This document shows positions 17,722 through 27,278 of a DNA stretch of 64,000 bases, in pieces (positions within the stretch are counted from its first letter, which is position 1; the number at the start of each line of letters is the position of its first letter). The notes below the pieces were generated by a model that worked only from the letters and a program-made list of their open reading frames with translations, was not told the origin of the DNA and ran no database searches. This stretch comes from Escherichia coli phage Wa28. The position numbers and the translations under genes were made by a program. The DNA lies in the sequence record LC788710.1. One strand, 5' to 3'.

Positions 17722-18474
17722 TTATCCAACTAGTGGTTCTAGCTCTAAGTCACAGAAGTGGTACACATCGGTACGAAGTGCATCAAGTCCGTTGAAGGTA
17801 TTCTCAAATTTATGAGAAATATATTTTTCAGGAATACCGCTTTCAGACGGATGATCTGTCTCGATGCGATACTTATTAGTAATACCAGATTCAACCTTAA
17901 TAAGCATGGAATCCATATCTAGAGTATTGGTTTCCATGATTAGTTCTCCCTCATTGGGGAAACGCACATCGGTAACGATTGCGACGTCTGGGTCGTCTTT
18001 ATCGATGGATTGCTCCAGAATTATGAGCCAAATGCGTTCATGCACCAGCTGCCTTCCTAACTCAGTACCTACAAGCTGTAGCATTTTTCTTGGGGAGATA
18101 AATACGCTATACAGCGCATCATCAGCTTGCCCAATTAACTGCTGAGGATCAAGGTATTTTCCTTCAAATATCGGCCAAACGTACGAGAAGTCCTCAAACT
18201 TATCGATACCATACTTAAACCATACGTCTCTAGCTCGCTCCAATTGAGATTGTGTGACTGTAAACCATTGGTCAATCTCTTTTCCCCTGCGCTCTCCCAG
18301 AAACTCTGGAGTTACCCCGAGGATTACGGATGCAAGTTCGTAAACGGGTTTAGCAAAACTGTAACGACGGGATAAACACGTTGGGAACGTGTCATTACAC
18401 CAGTCAATCATTAATTCTGCAACGGTATCTTTTCCCGCACCAGCCTCACCATGTAAACCGACTAATACTGACAT
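17722..18474 (-). CDS. deoxynucleoside monophosphate kinase
   Basis: P-loop GEAGAGKDT close to N-terminus, as in T4 dNMP kinase. Confidence 0.65.
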   Translation of the reverse strand: MSVLVGLHGEAGAGKDTVAELMIDWCNDTFPTCLSRRYSFAKPVYELASVILGVTPEFLGERRGKEIDQWFTVTQSQLERARDVWFKYGIDKFEDFSYVWPIFEGKYLDPQQLIGQADDALYSVFISPRKMLQLVGTELGRQLVHERIWLIILEQSIDKDDPDVAIVTDVRFPNEGELIMETNTLDMDSMLIKVESGITNKYRIETDHPSESGIPEKYISHKFENTFNGLDALRTDVYHFCDLELEPLVG

Positions 18475-18827
18475 TAATCTTTCCTATTTGTAATGGGTGG
18501 ATAGTAAACTAAGCAACGTTTTTCTTGTAAATCTTGACGATAGAAGCAAACCATACCAGTCAGTCGTGAAATGTAAGAGTAAACTGCTTCCTCGCATTTT
18601 GCTTTTGCATTCCAATCTTTGTAAGGTACAACAACTACTACGCCATCTTCGCCATTCGTAGCTAATTTCTTTTCGAATTTGAAATCAAAGCTACACGGCT
18701 GAAGTCCTTTAGGCCAGTCAACATGGGCTTGCTTTAACTCATGTGAAGGCTCTGGTTTTATTTCTTCTGCACAGCCTGTGATTGTGATTGCGGCTGCGAG
18801 CAGTACTCCAAGTTTCCAGTTAAGCAT
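18474..18827 (-). CDS. lipoprotein, candidate outer-membrane spanin
   Basis: Signal peptide ITGC lipobox; start embedded in preceding gene. Confidence 0.45.
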   Translation of the reverse strand: MLNWKLGVLLAAAITITGCAEEIKPEPSHELKQAHVDWPKGLQPCSFDFKFEKKLATNGEDGVVVVVPYKDWNAKAKCEEAVYSYISRLTGMVCFYRQDLQEKRCLVYYPPITNRKD

Positions 18828-19207
18828 GCTAATCTTTCCTCGAACTCCTTACTCTGCTTTTTAGCAATTAATGTAACCAATCCAGGCTTTGCAGCTATAA
18901 TGTCTTGACGACTAAGTGCTTTATCAAGCTGACTAATTTTCTTGTCTAGATCTGCTTGGGAAACATTATTCATTGTGAAATACTGATTCATACGAGTTTC
19001 ACGAAGTTCACTTTCAGCTTTCACATTATTAAGGGAAGTCTCTAGGGACGTAATCTTTTTAGTAGCTACTGCAAGATCACCTGCTAGAGTCTCAACCTTA
19101 TTTACTAAGTGATAAGCACCGAATCCGATACCTATCGCAAGACCAGCTCCCAGGATATACCACTTACCTTGCCATATTCCTGAAAGAAGTTTTTGTATCA
19201 AATCCAT
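18758..19207 (-). CDS. N-terminal TM + coiled-coil protein, candidate inner-membrane spanin
   Basis: TM helix then long coiled coil; overlaps lipoprotein gene. Confidence 0.45.
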   Translation of the reverse strand: MDLIQKLLSGIWQGKWYILGAGLAIGIGFGAYHLVNKVETLAGDLAVATKKITSLETSLNNVKAESELRETRMNQYFTMNNVSQADLDKKISQLDKALSRQDIIAAKPGLVTLIAKKQSKEFEERLACLTGNLEYCSQPQSQSQAVQKK

Positions 19208-19862
19208 GTGCTGCTAACCTGTCTTTATCTGATACGGTAATCATATCAGGCTCACCAGTTCCTAGTACACCGAAGATATACTGTTCGAGAACTTGGTGTA
19301 AACGGTATAAGTTACTTTCAATTTCCTGCCACGGAATACCTGACTGGTGGAAACGAATGTTTGTCTGAATTACGAAGTTACGAACATCATCGTTATCGTT
19401 CTTCTTAATACCTTTCACATATGCAATTGGTACGCGCAGTTCAGATAAGATACGTTCTGCTTTAGGTTTTGCTTCAACCAACATATCTCGCATGGTTTCA
19501 CGAACATCACCACGATTCTTGTCTAGTAAGTAAGAACGGGCATGTAATCCCATTTCTTCCATTTTATCAAATACAGCATCGATGTTGAACGTTTTGAAAC
19601 TGAATGCCGGATGCCAGCAGGACAGCTCATGTAACCAGTAAACTTCACCTGCAATAAACAGCGGATTTACTGAGTATTCGAAATCACCACGGAAGGATAA
19701 GGAACCTTCACGAAACACCTGACGATTATGAACAATATTCTTTTCTACATCGTCGGTTACTTTTACTCGCAGCTCTTCAGTTTTACGCTCCCAGACACGA
19801 TCTGGATCAAATAAACTATTCTGCAAATCGTATACATCATTGAACTTTGAAATGATTCTCAT
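19164..19862 (-). CDS. hypothetical protein (232 aa)
   Basis: ORF. Confidence 0.55.
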   Translation of the reverse strand: MRIISKFNDVYDLQNSLFDPDRVWERKTEELRVKVTDDVEKNIVHNRQVFREGSLSFRGDFEYSVNPLFIAGEVYWLHELSCWHPAFSFKTFNIDAVFDKMEEMGLHARSYLLDKNRGDVRETMRDMLVEAKPKAERILSELRVPIAYVKGIKKNDNDDVRNFVIQTNIRFHQSGIPWQEIESNLYRLHQVLEQYIFGVLGTGEPDMITVSDKDRLAAHGFDTKTSFRNMAR

Positions 19863-19937
19863 AAATTATCCTTTTGCCTCAATCTATAAACATATTATAC
19901 AATACTTGTGGCATCTGAGCAACTGAAATTTTATTAC

Positions 19938-19972
19938 AAAAATAGCCCAGTCGCAAAATTGCAGGCTGGGCT
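19938..19972 (-). terminator. hairpin terminator (AGCCCAG..CTGGGCT)
   Basis: Hairpin with flanking A/T. Confidence 0.5.
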
Positions 19973-20007
19973 TTGTCATTATTATTCTTGCTAGGAGGTG
20001 ATTATCA

Positions 20008-20397
20008 TCACTCTTGTTTACTTAATTCTCTAGCACGACGTAGCGATCCAGCGGTTCTCCATAGTTTAATGTCGTCAACAACTTCTTTGTAGGGAGCAAT
20101 AGTAAGACCTAGCGGCCCCGCTACCAACAGTCCAAAGAAACCAATTACACGCATGTAAAGCAAGCATTCTTTGGGAGTCATTGACTGGACAGCCTGTCTT
20201 TCCTCAGCACTGTCGAACTCGTGTTCTCGATCGTCTAAACGTAGGTACTTAATAAACCATTCAGCAGAATATTCATCCAGATGACGAATAACTGCAATAG
20301 CATAGCCTAAACCAATAATAAACCATGCTGCTACAATGAATAAAATAAAGCTCATGATATCTCCAGTTAAAGTTGAGGTCAGCGACCAACTCACCAC
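20008..20397 (-). CDS. membrane protein (129 aa)
   Basis: ORF. Confidence 0.5.
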   Translation of the reverse strand: MVSWSLTSTLTGDIMSFILFIVAAWFIIGLGYAIAVIRHLDEYSAEWFIKYLRLDDREHEFDSAEERQAVQSMTPKECLLYMRVIGFFGLLVAGPLGLTIAPYKEVVDDIKLWRTAGSLRRARELSKQE

Positions 20398-20472
20398 TTA
20401 CCGCACTAAAGGGGCACGACTCCCTTATCCGTAACAGTTGCAGGTGACGCAACTCGGTCCTACGCGAGTTCT

Positions 20473-20757
20473 TTACTTGCTCTGCATTTCAGCGCGAAAC
20501 TTTTTCATCTTACGAGTTTTACGGAAGAAGAAGTAAGTAGCTACTGGCCCGAACAAGGTGTCCATGATAAGCATACCTGACATAATGAATTTGAACATCT
20601 TTTCATCGTCAAATTCTGCTAATTCTGGTGGACGATATTTGTTTATAACATAAAGAATAACATCTTTATTTTTAGAGATATACAGATCATCAATCAGGCT
20701 GTAAATCGCGACAACTGCACCAATAACAAACCACAAAGCAAATGGAGAGATAATCAT
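20473..20757 (-). CDS. membrane protein (94 aa)
   Basis: ORF. Confidence 0.45.
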   Translation of the reverse strand: MIISPFALWFVIGAVVAIYSLIDDLYISKNKDVILYVINKYRPPELAEFDDEKMFKFIMSGMLIMDTLFGPVATYFFFRKTRKMKKFRAEMQSK

Positions 20758-21047
20758 TTAAGATCCTTTTCATCAATTAGAATAGTAACAAACAATGGTA
20801 CACAACCTGGGCACAAATCTTTACCAAACTTTTCCATCACATCCCAAAGTGGTAAAGTAATCACACCATTCTTAACTCTAGAATCTGTATACTCAGCTAT
20901 TCGTTTATTTGCAAAATCAGTAGCTAAATCTGAGTTATGCTCGTAGCTATAATCAGTCCAGAATTTAACATGATCCTTTCTAAGATATTCTAGCACAGCA
21001 TCAGTTGCTGGAATCTGTACTAGACTGTTGAGATTTAGCTCTTTCAC
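20754..21047 (-). CDS. hypothetical protein (97 aa)
   Basis: ORF. Confidence 0.5.
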   Translation of the reverse strand: MKELNLNSLVQIPATDAVLEYLRKDHVKFWTDYSYEHNSDLATDFANKRIAEYTDSRVKNGVITLPLWDVMEKFGKDLCPGCVPLFVTILIDEKDLK

Positions 21048-21498
21048 GTTCTTCTCTCCGACGTTTGCGTTCTTTCATCATGTAAGCTGCTACAACTTCA
21101 TGGTAGTAGTCGTTAATGTTACCTTCAGGCAAGAAATGCTTAATCGTTTCTAGCTGGCAGACAACACGGTAAAGATGTTTATTTGGTAAACATAATTTCA
21201 TGCCCATAACAAATCCAGAGAAGCCTGGAACACTGAACATGGGTTGGGCTTCTACGTTGCCCTCTGGATTGATACTAAGTTCAATCGAGATGCCCATTTT
21301 CATGCTATAAAGCTGACAGCCTTCACCATTGCCAAATCTTGACCAAACAGTGAAGTCCTCATCTATCTGATCTTGGATTTCTTCGACTGCATGTTTAATT
21401 CTAGGGTCTAAATTACTCATCTTCACCTTCAAAGCCGCAGTCATAACGGCAAGTAAAAGAATCAGAACTATTAGTACGTTGAGTAGTGATTTCACCAC
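21001..21498 (-). CDS. hypothetical protein (true start may be 21420)
   Basis: ORF; internal Met with GAAGGTGAAG SD. Confidence 0.5.
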   Translation of the reverse strand: MVKSLLNVLIVLILLLAVMTAALKVKMSNLDPRIKHAVEEIQDQIDEDFTVWSRFGNGEGCQLYSMKMGISIELSINPEGNVEAQPMFSVPGFSGFVMGMKLCLPNKHLYRVVCQLETIKHFLPEGNINDYYHEVVAAYMMKERKRRREERERAKSQQSSTDSSN

Positions 21499-21712
21499 GT
21501 TTACTAACAGTAATAGCCGGAGTAGAGAAGTTTTTATTAGTATAGATTTCTACTTTGCCATTACGTTCTTTAACATCACGTACTTTACCATATTCGGTGG
21601 TAATGCCGTTCTGCTGAACTTTAACATTACCATTTTTCATAGAAACTTTGGTAGATGCCAGAGAACCGAAACTAACTGCTGAAATTACCAGAGCAATAAT
21701 AAACTTATTCAT
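21413..21712 (-). CDS. secreted protein (signal peptide MNKFIIALVISAVSFGSLAS)
   Basis: Start moved to internal Met with GAGGAAG SD. Confidence 0.45.
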   Translation of the reverse strand: MNKFIIALVISAVSFGSLASTKVSMKNGNVKVQQNGITTEYGKVRDVKERNGKVEIYTNKNFSTPAITVSKRGEITTQRTNSSDSFTCRYDCGFEGEDE

Positions 21713-21986
21713 CAGGATCTTCCTCATTACAGTCACGGCATACATCATAATCGTTGTAAGAATGTTCGTGCGCTTCACACCACCAGCCACATTCGTCACA
21801 CAGAAAGATTTCGGTCTTTTCAATGGCTTGGCCTAGTAATTCGTAGGCTTCATCATGTGTAATCTTCAGGCTACAAACATCAGCTACTTGTTGAACAATC
21901 AGACTCCCTACTTTGTGGTAGGACATGCAGGTTCCTTGTGCATCATGCTCAAGGACGTGGATAGCACAGTCTAAGCGATTTTTCAT
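21705..21986 (-). CDS. Cys-rich zinc-binding protein (93 aa)
   Basis: CDECGWWC...CRDC. Confidence 0.5.
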   Translation of the reverse strand: MKNRLDCAIHVLEHDAQGTCMSYHKVGSLIVQQVADVCSLKITHDEAYELLGQAIEKTEIFLCDECGWWCEAHEHSYNDYDVCRDCNEEDPDE

Positions 21987-22016
21987 TTCAAAGCCCTCTC
22001 ATCAATTTATATAAAT

Positions 22017-22045
22017 ATTATATCAAAAGGAGAGGGTTTTAGCAA
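22017..22045 (-). promoter_or_regulatory. early promoter TTGCTAA-17-TATAAT
   Basis: Motif read. Confidence 0.65.
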
Positions 22046-22062
22046 ATGAATTATTTACGAAA

Positions 22063-22458
22063 TTAGTCGTAAACCCACCATAACCCACGCTTACGCAGGT
22101 CATGATCACGGTTATAGTCATAATTTTCTGGATCTTTCAGTACACGGTGAAGTTCGCGACGGCTTCCCTGACGAACCATTTTGTTAGAATGCCACTTAAC
22201 ACTTCTGCTAATAGAATCCCACCAGTGTCCATCTTTCTTCTCGTTACGGATGATATTTTCCTGAATCTCCTTCTCAATTTCATCCCAAGTTTTAGCCCAT
22301 GCTTCATTGGAGCGAACTTGATAATATTTCCACTGCTTACCATCCCTATCCGTGTAGATATACGGAATACGGATATTAGTGCTATGAAAATTATAAGTAG
22401 AACGATGTGCAGCACGCCAGTGACGATCACCAGATTGTTTACGGTATGTACGGCTCAT
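22063..22458 (-). CDS. hypothetical protein (131 aa)
   Basis: ORF. Confidence 0.55.
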   Translation of the reverse strand: MSRTYRKQSGDRHWRAAHRSTYNFHSTNIRIPYIYTDRDGKQWKYYQVRSNEAWAKTWDEIEKEIQENIIRNEKKDGHWWDSISRSVKWHSNKMVRQGSRRELHRVLKDPENYDYNRDHDLRKRGLWWVYD

Positions 22459-22516
22459 ATTACCTCCATTAAGTCTTTTAAATTAACTTAATGTGGGCGA
22501 ACTTCAAAATATAACA

Positions 22517-22702
22517 TCAGTAATCTCCGTTGTCGTTGTATACTACCCCACTGCTGGGGAGTTCTTCTACTGTCACATTTTCGAATTCTATAGAACTTCT
22601 ATGGTTTCTAGCCAGTTCGATTGCTTCTTCCGCAGTTTCTGCAACGACAATAGCTGTACCACCTAACCACAGACCTCTATAGCTCACTTTAAAAATTTTC
22701 AT
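22517..22702 (-). CDS. hypothetical protein (61 aa)
   Basis: ORF. Confidence 0.4.
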   Translation of the reverse strand: MKIFKVSYRGLWLGGTAIVVAETAEEAIELARNHRSSIEFENVTVEELPSSGVVYNDNGDY

Positions 22703-22720
22703 TTCGAAAATCCTATATAC

Positions 22721-22756
22721 AAGAAAACCCCAGACTACTTATTCAATAGCTGGGGT
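22721..22756 (-). terminator. rho-independent terminator (CCCCAG..CTGGGG)
   Basis: Hairpin with A run on plus. Confidence 0.55.
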
Positions 22757-22766
22757 TTGTTATTAA

Positions 22767-23066
22767 TTAGATAATTTCTACAATATCCTGAGTTACAAAA
22801 CCGTCGAATTCATCAGAGATACCACCTGTAAAGGTGATGCCCATAATCATTGCATCCATCTTTTTAATCTCCGAGATTTTCATGCCTGCTTTACTATTCT
22901 TATAGTATTTGCGAGGATTCCCACACATCCAACAAGAACAGATGCAAGGAGTGGTAGTGATAATGCCTAACCGCTTAGGACTTTCTTCATGTGGGAAGAC
23001 TGTCCAATACTTTTTGCGATTGTTTTTCACACGTTGCCGGTGATGGCGTCTTAATGCTCGATCCAC
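22767..23066 (-). CDS. zinc-finger protein (CICSCWMC)
   Basis: ORF. Confidence 0.5.
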   Translation of the reverse strand: MDRALRRHHRQRVKNNRKKYWTVFPHEESPKRLGIITTTPCICSCWMCGNPRKYYKNSKAGMKISEIKKMDAMIMGITFTGGISDEFDGFVTQDIVEII

Positions 23067-23147
23067 ACATTTCTCCTAAAACTTGGGAGATAAATGGAGT
23101 TTGCTCGACTACCTTGCGTAGTTGGTAGAAATCGTACCCAAACCCCA

Positions 23148-23516
23148 TTACATCGCCTGAGTAAATGTACGACTAATAACGTCGTTCTGTTGTTCACGCG
23201 TCAATGCGTTAAATCGAACAGCATAGCCAGAGACACGGATGGTCAACTGAGGATATTTTTCAGGATGTTTCTGTGCATCCAAAAGCTGATCACGGCTTAA
23301 CACATTGACATTTAGGTGCTGACCACCCTCGACTTGAGGAACCACTTCCACATCTACAATGCGAAAGGCCTCAGGGTCAAAGTGAGGTGTGATACCTTCT
23401 AGATCTTCGACTAGAACTTTCTGTTTAAGTTCACCATCTTTAGAATATAGTTGAATGATCTGATTGTTATGAACAATGTTAATTACGCCAGACTTAAGAC
23501 TTTGATATGCTTTCAT
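23148..23516 (-). CDS. hypothetical protein (122 aa)
   Basis: ORF. Confidence 0.55.
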   Translation of the reverse strand: MKAYQSLKSGVINIVHNNQIIQLYSKDGELKQKVLVEDLEGITPHFDPEAFRIVDVEVVPQVEGGQHLNVNVLSRDQLLDAQKHPEKYPQLTIRVSGYAVRFNALTREQQNDVISRTFTQAM

Positions 23517-23881
23517 TAGATCTCCCTGATGTTAGAATTTGGCTCAGCTTTTTGTTAACCCAGAAGCAAGATAAAAACTGGAAGGCAGGCTTGCTTATTA
23601 AGTGAATACCCGATAATCGCTCGTAGTCCGGCTTGTGGATTGATAGTCCCATTCAGTTTAATAAGCACAGGAGCTTTGATTTTAACGTTGCGATCTTCCA
23701 GGTCTGTTGCAACTACGTGATTGCTCACGCTAAGACAATGGCTATCTAAAGTCTTAGCTTCTACATTTATACTCCTGGATAGCATGGAGTTGCAGTCTAC
23801 TTCCTGCTGTCACGCCCGGCCATTTATAGAATGTGGACTCTCTTCTCAGCAGGATCTGGTACAATGACCTGATCCTCTGTT

Positions 23882-23957
23882 TGGTAGTTAGTAGTGGATT
23901 TGAACCACTGTAGTCGCTCCGTATGAAGGAGGTGCATAACCACTCTGCCAACTAACT
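23882..23957 (-). tRNA. tRNA-Met-type (anticodon CAU)
   Basis: Hand-folded: T-arm AGTGG/ATTTGAA/CCACT, anticodon loop gives codon ATG, encoded CCA. Confidence 0.7.
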
Positions 23958-23963
23958 ATAATT

Positions 23964-24039
23964 TGGTACTCCGACTTGGGATCGAACCAAGATTTGACGA
24001 TTATCGGTCGCCTGTTCTAACCGTTTGAACTATCGGAGC
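23964..24039 (-). tRNA. tRNA-Ile (GAU), atypical C33
   Basis: Hand-folded cloverleaf; loop sense CCGAUAA. Confidence 0.55.
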
Positions 24040-24040
24040 A

Positions 24041-24334
24041 TTACATCATTTCGTCTAAGTAAGAAGTATACTGGTATTTAGCTTCTCCAGTTTTATCTAC
24101 TTCGACTTCTGTTCTAGGTACTTTTCGTACCAGACCGTGAATCATCTTGTACTGAATAGACTTAGATGGTTCGTGATCTTTTGGAAATACTTGTTTAACC
24201 GTTACTACTTTGAAGCCTTCACGAGGTGTTAGCACAACAACTTGATCACCTTCTTTTATTTTCCAAGACTCAGGAAATTCGTAAGTGTAGCGTTGACCAC
24301 CCGTTTGGAACACGACAGAAAGATAACGTTTCAT
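24041..24334 (-). CDS. hypothetical protein (97 aa)
   Basis: ORF downstream of promoter. Confidence 0.5.
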   Translation of the reverse strand: MKRYLSVVFQTGGQRYTYEFPESWKIKEGDQVVVLTPREGFKVVTVKQVFPKDHEPSKSIQYKMIHGLVRKVPRTEVEVDKTGEAKYQYTSYLDEMM

Positions 24335-24364
24335 TTGGTTTCCCTCTCATTAATTTATGTAAAT

Positions 24365-24393
24365 ATTATAACAAGAAATAAGAGAGAAGGCAA
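24365..24393 (-). promoter_or_regulatory. early promoter TTGCCT-17-TATAAT
   Basis: Motif read. Confidence 0.6.
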
Positions 24394-24408
24394 ATGAATT
24401 TTTAAATT

Positions 24409-24483
24409 TGGTGCTCCCACCAGGAATCGAACCCGGTTCAGATGCTTACAAGGCAACTGCATCGCCAGCAATGCTTTAGGAGC
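24409..24483 (-). tRNA. tRNA-Thr (UGU)
   Basis: Hand-folded cloverleaf. Confidence 0.65.
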
Positions 24484-24650
24484 AATAAACCCGTTATTTC
24501 AACGGAATTTCTTTTTCAAATACAGGAGACTTATCAGACATTACTGTCATAGCCAACTGCTGTAGAAATTCGAATGAGAGTTTTAAACGTTCTTCACCCA
24601 ACTCAACCTCAACACACTTCATTTGCTTATCAACCTTTAGCTTTAGATTA

Positions 24651-24872
24651 TCAGCCCTCTTCGGGTTCTCTTTGCTCAGCTATTGCTAGCCAGTCTGGTA
24701 AAAGAAACTTAGTACGAAATTCTTCATATGTTTCTTCTGGATGAAAGCTATAGCCTTGCTTTTCATCATTTAATAAAACCGAACCGTCTTCCTGTTCATA
24801 AGCTCGGTATGTTTCACCAATAATTAAAACTCGTCTATTGGGGTTTTTATTACGAAACTCAAAAACGTCCAT
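24651..24872 (-). CDS. hypothetical protein (73 aa)
   Basis: ORF. Confidence 0.45.
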   Translation of the reverse strand: MDVFEFRNKNPNRRVLIIGETYRAYEQEDGSVLLNDEKQGYSFHPEETYEEFRTKFLLPDWLAIAEQREPEEG

Positions 24873-24887
24873 AACGTTTCCTTAAGT

Positions 24888-24962
24888 TGGTGCGGGATAC
24901 GAGAGTCGAACTCGTGTCTACTGGTTGGAAGCCAGTTATTCTAGCCACTGAACTAATCACGC
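24888..24962 (-). tRNA. tRNA-Gly (UCC)
   Basis: Hand-folded; perfect T-arm and anticodon stem. Confidence 0.75.
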
Positions 24963-24968
24963 ATAAAT

Positions 24969-25044
24969 TGGCTGGAGAAGGAGGAATCGAACCTACCATT
25001 AACGGAGTCAAAGGCCGTTGTGCTAACCGTTACACTACTCTCCA
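24969..25044 (-). tRNA. tRNA-Gln (UUG)
   Basis: Hand-folded. Confidence 0.65.
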
Positions 25045-25050
25045 AGTATT

Positions 25051-25126
25051 TGGCTGGGATGCCACGGATCGAACGTGGAACCTTCGGAGTCAGAGGCCGA
25101 CGATCTGCCAATTGATCTACATCCCA
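25051..25126 (-). tRNA. tRNA-Gln (CUG)
   Basis: Hand-folded; exact acceptor pairing. Confidence 0.7.
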
Positions 25127-25133
25127 ATAATTT

Positions 25134-25334
25134 TTATTCTACAGGAACCGTGGCAATTGGATCTGGTTCTTCTAGACGTTTACCATTATGGTCAACACGA
25201 ATAATACCACAACCTTCACAGATTACAACAGCACCATAGCCTTCTTTAACTTCGGCTTCTGTAATCAGACCAGAAAGATCACCAGTATCTTTGCCCCACA
25301 TATCGATAGAGCATTCTTTGCAGAAATCAGCCAT
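25134..25334 (-). CDS. small zinc-ribbon protein (66 aa)
   Basis: CKEC...CEGC. Confidence 0.45.
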   Translation of the reverse strand: MADFCKECSIDMWGKDTGDLSGLITEAEVKEGYGAVVICEGCGIIRVDHNGKRLEEPDPIATVPVE

Positions 25335-25358
25335 ATTTTAGTTCCTGTATAAGTTAAT

Positions 25359-25433
25359 TGGTGCATCCTCAGGGAATCGAACCCCGATCGTAAAGTTCGT
25401 AGCTTTACATTCTTTCCGTTGAAATAAGGACGC
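25359..25433 (-). tRNA. tRNA-Arg (ACG)
   Basis: Hand-folded; perfect anticodon stem. Confidence 0.7.
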
Positions 25434-25438
25434 ATATT

Positions 25439-25515
25439 TGGGGTGGCTAGTGGAATTCGAATCCACATAGGCCTGATTCACAATCAGGATCATTAACCAA
25501 TTATGATATAGCCAC
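25439..25515 (-). tRNA. tRNA-His (GUG)
   Basis: Hand-folded; 77 nt consistent with extra 5' G. Confidence 0.8.
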
Positions 25516-25896
25516 AATTGAATACTATTAGGGGATGATCAGTCCTCCATTTGGCCGTCTAAGGTACCAAAGTTAGTCATTCTGCGCACAGGTTTTTCTC
25601 CTGATTCTTTATTGCGAATGCTCTCTAATAATACTCAATTGTGGCGGCTCTCCGAAACTCTTCTACTCTAGCCTTAGCAGCTTACTCCCGAACGCATGTC
25701 GGGAAAGTCTTACTAAGAACATCAAATAGCACCGTTACACTTTGAGCCATTAATGTATCAAGAAGCAGAAGGACTTGAACCTTCACGAGATAGACCATTT
25801 ATCTCAGCCTCGTTTTCGGGTATCTTATGAGGAGTGGATGTTCCCCTTACGCCCTTTAGGAAGCCCCGTCTACCGATTCCGGCATACTTCAAGATT

Positions 25897-25986
25897 TGGC
25901 AGAAGATAATGGAGTCGAACCATCACCGTATCACTACAGCGGGCCGGTTTTCAAGACCGGTTACGTACCACTACGTCCTATCTTCT
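25897..25986 (-). tRNA. tRNA-Ser (UGA), type II
   Basis: Hand-folded; long variable arm. Confidence 0.7.
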
Positions 25987-26213
25987 AGTATTTGTTCTAC
26001 TTCTTTTCGAAGATCTTCTGGATTATCATGATAGGTTGTTTGCCATACATAAATAACTCCAGTATCACATGCTTTATCAAATATTTCTCGCTCAGGAAGT
26101 TTCATGCCCATTGCGTACTTGATATGAAACTCTAAAGCTTGCTTACTAGGGAATGTATGACGCAAGAAAAACTTATCATTAACTAAATCCAACATCATAA
26201 TCTTGACTTTCAT
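25971..26213 (-). CDS. hypothetical protein (80 aa)
   Basis: ORF. Confidence 0.45.
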   Translation of the reverse strand: MKVKIMMLDLVNDKFFLRHTFPSKQALEFHIKYAMGMKLPEREIFDKACDTGVIYVWQTTYHDNPEDLRKEVEQILEDRT

Positions 26214-26234
26214 TTATATTCCCTATTAGTTGTT

Positions 26235-26327
26235 TGGCGGAAGAAGAGAGATTCGAACTCTCAAGCCTGCTTTAACAAGTCAGCCACTTTCCAAGCGGTT
26301 TTCGTCACCTAATCGATTTGCTCTTCC
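26235..26327 (-). tRNA. tRNA-Ser (GGA), type II
   Basis: Hand-folded; variable-arm hairpin; one weak anticodon-stem pair. Confidence 0.55.
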
Positions 26328-26501
26328 GTAGATCTCAGGATTAAATCATAAACTTCATTAGCAGATACTGGAAGTATGAGATTATACATCTTTTGGTCAT
26401 ACCTCTGACCATACTCTATAAACACATACTCTTTAGTTAATGTATTAACAGCTAACCAGATATCAGTTATAGGAGTTTTCATCATGAGTTAATCCAATGT
26501 T

Positions 26502-26582
26502 TGGTAGGGATGGAGGGACTCGAACCCACACCCGAAGACTAGAACCTAAATCTAGCGCGTCTGCCAATTTCGCCACATCCCC
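26502..26582 (-). tRNA. tRNA-Leu (UAG)
   Basis: Hand-folded; perfect anticodon stem; 9-nt variable region. Confidence 0.6.
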
Positions 26583-26589
26583 ATTTTAT

Positions 26590-26808
26590 TTAGTTAGAAA
26601 TAAATAGTAACCCTGCAACAATGGAACCTATGCCACTGAATACCATTATCAGCATAGCTTCTAAGCTGATAAAGCGGACGTTATATGGAGCGCCCCAAGA
26701 ATAATCAGTAAAGAAAGTTTTCTTTTCTTTAGCTAAATCTTTAATAGTTCTAAAATAGATAGCTAGTGCTAAAGCTACAAGAACTACAGAGGCTGCTAAG
26801 AATACCAT
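26590..26808 (-). CDS. small membrane protein (72 aa)
   Basis: ORF. Confidence 0.4.
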   Translation of the reverse strand: MVFLAASVVLVALALAIYFRTIKDLAKEKKTFFTDYSWGAPYNVRFISLEAMLIMVFSGIGSIVAGLLFISN

Positions 26809-26827
26809 ATTATTTCCTTAATTTGTT

Positions 26828-26903
26828 TGGTGGAGTCACTCAGAATTGAACTGAGTTCCACTGCTTGCAAGGCAGTAAGTTTAACCAAATAACCTATGAC
26901 CCC
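26828..26903 (-). tRNA. tRNA-Ala (UGC)
   Basis: Hand-folded; G3-U70 in acceptor stem. Confidence 0.75.
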
Positions 26904-26908
26904 GAATT

Positions 26909-26987
26909 TGGTGGAGAATAAGAGATTCGAACTCTTCTGATATCCTCGGTGCAAGCGAGGTGTCCACTCCAAGCAGACCCATTCCCC
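26909..26987 (-). tRNA. tRNA-Ala (UGC), second copy
   Basis: Hand-folded; G3-U70 present. Confidence 0.6.
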
Positions 26988-27249
26988 AAAATCTTTAAGT
27001 TTACTAAGGCTATTAGCTCGGTGTGCGTATTACCCTCAGACATTAGCCAGTAGAGGATAACCGCTCTTCACAAACCCGATACACTATTCAGTTGCCGCTG
27101 AATCTAGTGGACTAATCTAGAACTTATTGCAAAGTATCCCCCGCCATTAAGGGTCTACTTGCAATTGTGCTTTTTGGCAGCCAGTCCTAGGTCGAGCTAA
27201 TACCTTAGTGAACTTTGATGAGGATTTCTCCTCATCAATTTATATAAAT

Positions 27250-27278
27250 ATTATAACAAGAAATTAAGCATCAAGCAA
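27250..27278 (-). promoter_or_regulatory. early promoter TTGCTT-17-TATAAT
   Basis: Motif read. Confidence 0.7.

Noticed and set aside
21413-21823. Track start at 21823 for the secreted protein
   Set aside because: Implies a 119-bp overlap with the upstream gene; internal Met at 21712 has a good Shine-Dalgarno and begins the signal peptide.
24887-25204. Plus-strand ORFs overlapping tRNA genes (24887..25204, 25834..26031, 28486..28680, 28921..29223)
   Set aside because: They read through antisense tRNA sequence; translations are tRNA-shaped artefacts.
25760-25830. Full tRNA at the T-arm-like hairpin 25768-25784
   Set aside because: No complementary acceptor strand and the only stem-loop nearby lacks a canonical anticodon loop.
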